From an uncultured Haloferula sp. (GTDB taxonomy: Bacteria; Verrucomicrobiota; Verrucomicrobiia; Verrucomicrobiales; Akkermansiaceae): DNA of 52,981 bases. Position numbers and translations under genes: made by a program. The notes under the pieces are model-generated. The model was not told the DNA's origin, searched no databases, and saw nothing but the letters and a program-made list of their open reading frames with translations. The stretch lies in the NCBI GenBank assembly GCA_965652295.1, contig CBFGTS010000022.1:1-52981 (forward strand). Reading direction: 5' to 3'. Shown piece by piece: positions 46,307 to 52,981 of the stretch. Position 1 is the stretch's first letter; every line of letters starts with the position of its first letter.

Positions 46307-48576
46307 CAACGGAGCTTCGACGACTTCAGCATGCCCGCCATCTTGGCGTTGCGCGTCACATCCACCAAATCGCTCATGATCGCGAGAGTTTCGCGCTTGA
46401 GGGGATCCATGCCGCTGGGCCATTCCGGGGTGGTGTCGAGTTCCTCCGTCTTGTCCTTGGCCCGGCGCATGTAGCCGGTGCCCTCTTCAGCGGGGTCATA
46501 CACCGCCAGCGGCTTCTCGGCGATCGCGTCGTCCAAGGTCAACTTATAGAAGGTAAAGGTCTCCTCGTCCTGCTTCTCGATTTCGGCGAAACGCTCGCGT
46601 CGCTCGGCGTTGCGATCGTCCTGAAGCTGATCGGCTTCCGCCAGTTCCTCGCGACGTTCCTCAAGCTGGAGCGAGATCTCGTTCTCCGCCCGGCGCTTTT
46701 TTTCCCGGACCACATCCTCAACGATGTAGCGGAAATCCTGCGACTCCTCCACCCGGGCCTGGCTCTCTTCGCGCAGACGGGGCAGGAACAGATTGTCCTT
46801 CGGCAGCGGATCGAAGCCCGGAGCGGGGCGGATGACATCGTGATCCAGCGCGTGATCCAGATAGGATTCTCCGATTTCCAACGCGTCCATCAGGCTGGGC
46901 AGGACGATGTCGGGAATCACACCCCGGTTCTGAGTGGATGATCCGGAAGGTCGGTAGAACTTCTGGATGGTCACCTTCAGAGTGCCGGCACGCTGACGAT
47001 CCGCGAAGAGCGGCATGTGGCGGCCGATGTCCATCGGCTGCTGCACGGTTCCCTTACCGAACGTGGAGGACTCGCCGACCACCACCGCCCGGTTGTCATC
47101 CTGCAGGGCACCCGCCAGAATCTCGCTGGCCGAGGCACTGCTCTTGTCCGTCAAAACGATCATCGGCCCGTCATAGATCGGCCGGCGGTTCTCCGACTCC
47201 TTCACCTGCACCTGGCCGAGCGTGTTCTTCACCTGCACGACAGGCATCCGGCTGGTGAAAAAGCCCGTCATCCTGCGAACCTCTTCGAGGGCACCACCCC
47301 CGTTTTTGCGCAGGTCCAGAACCAGACCATCGATGTCCTCCTCGATCAGCCTTTCCAGCAAGCGTCTCACGTCCTCCGAGCAACGGGTATCGCCGCCTTC
47401 AAAATCGGCGTAAAACGACGGCAGCGTGATGATTCCGATCCGCTGGCGTTCGTCATCCCCGCTGATCCGATCGATCACCTCGGCCGTGGCCTGCTCGTCC
47501 TTGAGTTCCACCTTGCCGCGCCGGATCACGAGCATTTCGGCTTCTCCCGGCACTCCTCCCGCAGGCTCGACCTTGAGACGCACTTCGGTGCCTTCTTTTC
47601 CGCGGATCAAGTCGACGACCTTGTCGATTTTCATGAACATGATGTCCACCATGTCCGCAGGATCGCCCGAGTTGTTGGGATCCACTCCCACGATCCTGTC
47701 ATTCAACCGAAGCTGCCCGGCGCGGTCGGCCGGACCGTTCACCACGATGCCCATGATCTTGGTGGCACCGTCCTCTTCCGGAGCCAGAAGAGCCCCGATG
47801 CCGACCAGCTGATTCCGCATGTCATCGCGGAAACGCTCCATCTGCTTGTAGCTGAGGTAGTCGGTATGAGGGTCGAAGGTCTTGGCGACCGCGCTGAGGA
47901 AATACGTCGCGACATCCTCGTCATCGACGTCACGCACGGTGTGCAGGAACCGCTCATACCGGAGCTTCAATTTCTCCTCCGGCGTCCTCTCGTCCTTGAA
48001 GAGGTCCTCCTTGTCCTGTTCCTTCGCCAGCTTCAACACCATCTCGCGCCGCAGACGCTCGGACAGCAGGGCTTCCTTGATTTGCTTGCGGAAAAGGTCC
48101 GAAGCCTCCTCTTCGTCGGCCGGCCAAGCCGCATCCTTGCGCGAGCGCATGATTGTTTCCGGCTTGGTGAAATCAAATTCCTCCTCGTCGAGAATCCGGT
48201 TGGCTTGGGCCACCCGCGCCTCCACGCGCTGCACAAAGGTTCCGTAGATGTCCTCGGCCGCCCGCATGCTGTCCTTTTCCAAAAGCATCGACGCCAGCCG
48301 GTCGCCGTACTCCGTCTCGAAGCGATCGACGTCCTTCTGCGTGAAATAGACGCGGCCGTAGTCGAGATCCCGCAGGTAGGTGGCCAGGAAGTCGTCGCTC
48401 AGCTCTTTGAACGACTGGCTCGAGCGATCGAAATGGCTGTTCTGAAGCATGATCGCCATCTGGCAACCCACTTGATTGAAATCGGTCTGTTGGGCGCAGG
48501 CGACGAGAGTTCCAGCCATCGTGACAGCCATGGCGGCGGCGGCTTGGGATTTCATCCGGGACATGCTCTTGAACAT
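46306..48576 (-). CDS. prc: carboxy-terminal processing (tail-specific) protease, S41
   Basis: DPHT.Y, GIGA.L, PDZ domain, LPSFY, LDLR.NGGG.L, SASASEI.AGALQD, TFGKGTVQ, K.TIQKFYR..G.STQ..GV.PDI. Confidence 0.93.
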   Translation of the reverse strand: MFKSMSRMKSQAAAAMAVTMAGTLVACAQQTDFNQVGCQMAIMLQNSHFDRSSQSFKELSDDFLATYLRDLDYGRVYFTQKDVDRFETEYGDRLASMLLEKDSMRAAEDIYGTFVQRVEARVAQANRILDEEEFDFTKPETIMRSRKDAAWPADEEEASDLFRKQIKEALLSERLRREMVLKLAKEQDKEDLFKDERTPEEKLKLRYERFLHTVRDVDDEDVATYFLSAVAKTFDPHTDYLSYKQMERFRDDMRNQLVGIGALLAPEEDGATKIMGIVVNGPADRAGQLRLNDRIVGVDPNNSGDPADMVDIMFMKIDKVVDLIRGKEGTEVRLKVEPAGGVPGEAEMLVIRRGKVELKDEQATAEVIDRISGDDERQRIGIITLPSFYADFEGGDTRCSEDVRRLLERLIEEDIDGLVLDLRKNGGGALEEVRRMTGFFTSRMPVVQVKNTLGQVQVKESENRRPIYDGPMIVLTDKSSASASEILAGALQDDNRAVVVGESSTFGKGTVQQPMDIGRHMPLFADRQRAGTLKVTIQKFYRPSGSSTQNRGVIPDIVLPSLMDALEIGESYLDHALDHDVIRPAPGFDPLPKDNLFLPRLREESQARVEESQDFRYIVEDVVREKKRRAENEISLQLEERREELAEADQLQDDRNAERRERFAEIEKQDEETFTFYKLTLDDAIAEKPLAVYDPAEEGTGYMRRAKDKTEELDTTPEWPSGMDPLKRETLAIMSDLVDVTRNAKMAGMLKSSKLR

Positions 48577-48649
48577 TGTAAGGAGAGTCGGGGCAGCCTC
48601 GCACACCGGACCCGCTTGTCGAATCCAAAACCGGGAGGCCGTCCCCTCA

Positions 48650-49345
48650 CTAGCGGCGCGGCCCGGGCTTTTCTTTCTGAGCCTTTTCTTCAAGCCACTC
48701 GCGGAACAGCCGCTCGCGTTCGGCGGCTTCCAGCGCGGGATCGAGCGTGCCATCCGGCGAAAGCGGGCTCCAAGGCCGCGCCGCCAGTCGCACCCGGAGG
48801 TCGATCACCTCGTCCTGCCTCTTGAGTTTCAGGTGAATTTCTTCACCAGGAGTCTTCGCTCCCACCGTTTCCCCGAACATCTCCCGCGGCGCGGCCACGT
48901 TCAACTCCTGATCATCGACGGAGATGATGACGTCTCCAGCCTTCAACCCGGCCGCCCCGCCGGGCATACCCTCGACCACCCCTCCCACCAACACGCCCTC
49001 CTCGGCGTCCCTCATAAGGATTCCCAGAAATCCCGGGCGTCCCTTTTCCAGCTCGCTCAGGACTTCGTCCTTCACCACCTCCAGCAGAAGCTCTCGAGCT
49101 TCGGGGTCCCCGACTCCCGACGCCACCTTCAACAGCGCTCCCGACACACCGCCACCTGCTTCACCACACCACCCGCGCAACTCATTCTGCGCCGCGACCC
49201 GCTCAGGGTAGCTTTCGCTCCCCAATCGTGCGATCACCCCGGCAGGAGGAGCGGGATCCGCCGCCAACAAAACAGGGATCGCCGCCATCGCGACGATCCC
49301 CTGAAGGACTCGTTCGAAGCACCTGTGTTGGATGCTCCCACTCAT
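48650..49345 (-). CDS. exported PDZ-domain protein
   Basis: GFLGI, V..V..G.P..AAGLK.GDVI..VD; N-terminal LG...Y.ER..AQ..L helix. Start uncertain (49345 or 49288). Confidence 0.75.
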   Translation of the reverse strand: MSGSIQHRCFERVLQGIVAMAAIPVLLAADPAPPAGVIARLGSESYPERVAAQNELRGWCGEAGGGVSGALLKVASGVGDPEARELLLEVVKDEVLSELEKGRPGFLGILMRDAEEGVLVGGVVEGMPGGAAGLKAGDVIISVDDQELNVAAPREMFGETVGAKTPGEEIHLKLKRQDEVIDLRVRLAARPWSPLSPDGTLDPALEAAERERLFREWLEEKAQKEKPGPRR

Positions 49346-49352
49346 CGACAGG

Positions 49353-49910
49353 TCAGCGACCCAGGATGTTCTTCTGCGGAATCGTGATCGTATCGTTCGG
49401 CTCCACAAGGACCGTCTTGGATTGGGTCTCAAACATGTTGTATTGGCGGACCTTGCCGTCGCGCAGCAATTCCACCCGGTACATGCTGCCGAACTCATTG
49501 GCCCCACCCGCCGCCTGGATGGCGTTGTAGAGCGTGAGACCGCGGAAATACTTCACCGGCCCGGGCCGGCGAACATAGCCACCGACAGTGAGCATCAGCT
49601 CGGCAACCGTGTCATCGCTGCTTGAGATCACTTGAACCGTCGGATTCGTGTAAATCTCGGCAGCCCGATAGCTGGCCTCGATGCTTTGGGCGAGCGAGGT
49701 CGGGCTCAGTCCGGCTGCCCGCACGTTGCCGATGTATGGCATGCGCACATGGCCCGCCTCGGAGACCGGGTAAGTGTTGTTGACCCGTGCAGCCTCCTCA
49801 GGAGGGACGCCTTGGATGCGGATCTCGATAGCACGTCCAGCTTGGATCGTGGATTGGCCCTGTGCCTGCAGCGTGAACAGGCAGAGCAGAAGAAGCAGAA
49901 ACGTTTTCAT
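49353..49910 (-). CDS. polysaccharide export OPX protein (short Wza-like: Poly_export plus SLBB)
   Basis: V...G.V.MPYIG.V.AAGL, V.G.V..PG, AI..AGG, D.I.IP. Confidence 0.88.
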   Translation of the reverse strand: MKTFLLLLLCLFTLQAQGQSTIQAGRAIEIRIQGVPPEEAARVNNTYPVSEAGHVRMPYIGNVRAAGLSPTSLAQSIEASYRAAEIYTNPTVQVISSSDDTVAELMLTVGGYVRRPGPVKYFRGLTLYNAIQAAGGANEFGSMYRVELLRDGKVRQYNMFETQSKTVLVEPNDTITIPQKNILGR

Positions 49911-49948
49911 GGTATCAATGGTTTTGGGGTTCGATCACCCGGATCGAC

Positions 49949-52114
49949 TCAATAAAGATCATCGCTTCCGGAACGGCTGGCCGCCTTGGGAGTATCCGAT
50001 TTCGCGGAACTCTTCGGCTTGGAGCTGCTCGTGGGAGCCGGCCCCTCGGAGGGGGCGTAGTAGGTGTAGTAGCTGGTGTAATACTGATACTGGCTGTCGC
50101 TGCGGACATCCACGTTGTTGAGCACCACGCCGATCACGTGGCCGCCCACGCCTTCCACCGTCGTCTTCACGCGTTGAAGCATGTTGCGGGGAAGCTTGCG
50201 GTGCTGGACCACGATCATCGTCAGGTCCACCTCACTCGCCAGAACCGAGGCGTCGCTGACACCGAGGATCGGCGGCGAGTCGATCAGAACGAGATCGAAA
50301 CGCTGCTTCACATCCTGGATCAGTTCCGACATCCGGCGGGAGTTGAGAATGCCCGCCGCATCGGCCGGAAGGATCCCTGAAGGCATGAAATAAAGATTGT
50401 CCACCGGAGTCTGGAGAATCACATCCTCCAGCATCAGATCCGTCGTCAGGTAATTCGTCAGGCCGACGGAATTGTTGATTTCAAAGAACGTGTGCAGCCG
50501 CGGGCGCCGAAGGTCCGCGTCAATCATCAGCGTGGTGTAGCCCCCTTGCGCACAGATGTATGCCAGGTTCACCAAGGTGGTGGACTTGCCCTCACCCGCA
50601 CCGCCGGAGACCACCGTAATGGCGTTGTCCTCGGGATTCTTGCGGTTGAACTCGATGTTCGTTCGGAGAATCCGGTAAGCCTCAGCGTCCGGGCTCATGC
50701 CGCTTTGCTTGTAGAGAACGCCGACATCCTTCGGAATGACCGCCAGAACCGGGACTTGAAGGTAGCGCTCCACGTCCTCAAGCGTCTTCACCGACGTATC
50801 GAGATACTCGAGGAGGAACGCGATACCCACGCCGAAGACCAAACCGACGATGGCCCCGAGCGCGAGGTTCAGCGTGATGTTCGGACTGACAGGCGTCTGC
50901 GATTCCACCGGGTCCTCGTGAACGATCACGGGGTCTTCGGAAATGCGACGCTGCATCTGCTCTCCGATCTCCTTGATTTTGAGGTCTTCCAACAACGCCA
51001 ATGACGTCTCGAAATCCGTCCTCGCATCTTCGAAGCTCTGGCGGGCGATGCCCGTTTTGATCGCTTCCTCTTCCTTCAAATCGGCGTCGACCTTAAGCCG
51101 CTCCGCTTGGGTTTTGGTCAGTTCAAGCTGGGCCCGGAGGGTTTCACGGAGCGCGATCACCCCTTCCTCAAGCTGTTGAAAGAGGTCGGTGACGATCTTC
51201 CGCTGCTGTTTGACGTTCGGGTGCTGCGATCCCAGACCGCCCACCTCCAGTCCATTGAGTGTCCGTTGAGCCTCAAGGTACTGAGGATGAAGGGATCGGA
51301 TCACGTTCTCCGGCAGATTCAGACCCGAGGCGTACGTCATCAGCTGGTCTCCGGAATAGCGCAGAAGGGTTTCAATCTGGCTCTCAAGACGAATCCGATC
51401 CGCCTCAAGCTCAGCGTAACGCTGGGCCGCGTCTCTCGCCTTGTCGAACTCGGTGAAGCCCTCGGAACGAACCCCCGAGCGAGAAGGTTGGTAAATCACC
51501 TTCTCGGTTCGGATCAGGGTCGTCAGCGCTTGGCGCTTCTCCTCCACCAAGTCCTCCTGGGCAACCACCGCGTCGCGAAGCTCAGCAAGGGCTTGATCGG
51601 ATCGCTTGTTCTCCAGTTCGGCCCGCCGCAACCGGTAGGCTTTGGAAACCCGATCCGCGATCATTCGGGCATCCTGCGGATTGGGGGCACGAACCTCGAT
51701 CTCGATCAGGTCGGTGCCGCGGATGTTCTGGGCGTCAATCATCCCCGACAACCGCTCGCGAACTTGTTCACGATCCAGGTTCCAGTGATTCGTGAGATCC
51801 AGCTCATCGATCACGATGTCCAGGGTCTTCTGGGAGGTGATGACTTTGAACTCCGTCTGAAGGAACGATTGAGTAAAGCCTGCGGCGTTGCGAGTCACAA
51901 CCCCAGGCATCACCTCCAACGAGGGAACGCTGGGCCTGACCTGAAGGACCGCAATGGATTCATACCGCTTCGGCATCACGTAGGTGATCACCAACGCGGT
52001 CATGAAAACCAACAGGAACGCCAGGAGGATGATCCCGTAACGGTTTCGGATCACCTGCCAATAGTCGATCGCGTGGAGGCCGGCTTCCGAGTTCTGAGGA
52101 GTGGACGGATTCAT
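49949..52114 (-). CDS. polysaccharide co-polymerase / tyrosine autokinase (Wzc/GumC)
   Basis: Two TM segments around a coiled coil, EAYR.LRTN, GEGKST, IDADLRRP, IDSPP, Tyr cluster YQYYTSYYTYY. Confidence 0.93.
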   Translation of the reverse strand: MNPSTPQNSEAGLHAIDYWQVIRNRYGIILLAFLLVFMTALVITYVMPKRYESIAVLQVRPSVPSLEVMPGVVTRNAAGFTQSFLQTEFKVITSQKTLDIVIDELDLTNHWNLDREQVRERLSGMIDAQNIRGTDLIEIEVRAPNPQDARMIADRVSKAYRLRRAELENKRSDQALAELRDAVVAQEDLVEEKRQALTTLIRTEKVIYQPSRSGVRSEGFTEFDKARDAAQRYAELEADRIRLESQIETLLRYSGDQLMTYASGLNLPENVIRSLHPQYLEAQRTLNGLEVGGLGSQHPNVKQQRKIVTDLFQQLEEGVIALRETLRAQLELTKTQAERLKVDADLKEEEAIKTGIARQSFEDARTDFETSLALLEDLKIKEIGEQMQRRISEDPVIVHEDPVESQTPVSPNITLNLALGAIVGLVFGVGIAFLLEYLDTSVKTLEDVERYLQVPVLAVIPKDVGVLYKQSGMSPDAEAYRILRTNIEFNRKNPEDNAITVVSGGAGEGKSTTLVNLAYICAQGGYTTLMIDADLRRPRLHTFFEINNSVGLTNYLTTDLMLEDVILQTPVDNLYFMPSGILPADAAGILNSRRMSELIQDVKQRFDLVLIDSPPILGVSDASVLASEVDLTMIVVQHRKLPRNMLQRVKTTVEGVGGHVIGVVLNNVDVRSDSQYQYYTSYYTYYAPSEGPAPTSSSKPKSSAKSDTPKAASRSGSDDLY

Positions 52115-52164
52115 GAAGAAAGGAGTGGCTCTTATTTGCGGAGGGCGCGGGGTCTTTTCAAACG

Positions 52165-52197
52165 AAAACTCCCGCAATGGTCACCATTGCGGGAGTT
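52165..52197 (-). terminator. 14-bp hairpin between the beta-barrel gene and wzc
   Basis: AACTCCCGCAATGG-TCA-CCATTGCGGGAGTT, with a T-run downstream on the minus strand. Confidence 0.7.
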
Positions 52198-52268
52198 CTT
52201 TGAAATTTCGACAAGAAGAGGAGAGCTTGGATCAGTGGATGAAGAGCATCTCCCCTTGATCGTCAGGA

Positions 52269-52981
52269 TCAGAATTCAGCACGGACGCCGACGCTGACGC
52301 GGTTCCGATCGTAGGAGTAACCCACGAAGTCCGAATCGCTGTCGGTGTAGTTGTAGCTGAGCGTGCCGTAGAGATACTCGGTGAACTTGACGGAGAGCCC
52401 GAGGTGAGCGTTCCACACGTTCTCATCGATCCCACCAGCGGTCAAAGCACCGGCACCGCCGACGAGGCGACCTTCGTCAAACTGAGCCGCGATGTAATCG
52501 ACGCCACCGAAGAGGCTGAGCATCGGGGAAATCACATACTCACCGGAAACTCCGACACGAAGCGTGCGCCGATCATCGAAGTCATACAGTGGTCCCGCCG
52601 GAACGAGCTGGCGAACGGTGTCAAACGGCTCGGATCCGTAGCGGATGAAGCTGCGGAGCGAAAACACGTCGCTGACGCGGGAGCGCAGGGCCAGTTCGGC
52701 GTAGGGATTCGTTCCGTCGTTGCCGTTCAGGGCATCCGACTCGCGAACCTGGGCACCAGCCTTGGCAACCAAGATGGTGTTCGGGCTGAAACGATGTTCG
52801 AGACCGAGGAGGAAGAAGTGGGATTCCGAATCCGCAGCGAGACCATCGGCATTGGATTGGCGGTAACGGTAATCGAAGGTCACAACGGACTGCGGCGTGA
52901 GCTGGTAACGGAACTGCTGGTAAAGCCCAAAGATCGTCCGATCGGAGTGAGCGACCGCGTCGTCGTAGTCGAGACCCGTGA
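52269..52981 (-). CDS. outer-membrane beta-barrel protein of the polysaccharide export locus (5' end outside window)
   Basis: Alternating beta strands, C-terminal Y.RNRVS.G...EF; frame stays open to the window edge. Confidence 0.8.
   Translation of the reverse strand, partial: TGLDYDDAVAHSDRTIFGLYQQFRYQLTPQSVVTFDYRYRQSNADGLAADSESHFFLLGLEHRFSPNTILVAKAGAQVRESDALNGNDGTNPYAELALRSRVSDVFSLRSFIRYGSEPFDTVRQLVPAGPLYDFDDRRTLRVGVSGEYVISPMLSLFGGVDYIAAQFDEGRLVGGAGALTAGGIDENVWNAHLGLSVKFTEYLYGTLSYNYTDSDSDFVGYSYDRNRVSVGVRAEF

Overview
High-GC bacterial chromosomal window, very probably Verrucomicrobiota (Haloferula/Luteolibacter-like). This is inferred from a perfect TGTTC-N4-GAACA LexA box before recA and from lineage-typical genes (TIGR03790, DUF2851, ECF sigma with C-terminal extension). 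Most genes are housekeeping or envelope genes: dprA, topB, lpxB, nadA, kdsA-lptC/A-lptB, recA, pfkA, asd, ispA, yggS, a Prc protease and a wzc/OPX/beta-barrel export locus. No rRNA, tRNA, CRISPR array or IS element was seen. The two strongest leads are: (1) an apparent sigma-54 stress regulon at about 30.7-41.2 kb, in which an AlgB/KinB-like two-component system sits among entericidin, Dps and DUF1328 genes with -24/-12 motifs, and an RpoS-like sigma gene has a sigma-54 promoter, an exact IHF site and an upstream palindrome; (2) a candidate sRNA of about 145 nt after topB, with three hairpins that each display a UCCCC loop and a DtxR/MntR-like palindrome upstream. Also notable are an ECF sigma whose extracytoplasmic domain is repeated as a free-standing neighbouring gene, a hidden kinase-like protein, and a fused lptC-lptA ORF with an internal start. 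All calls were made by eye; no searches were run.
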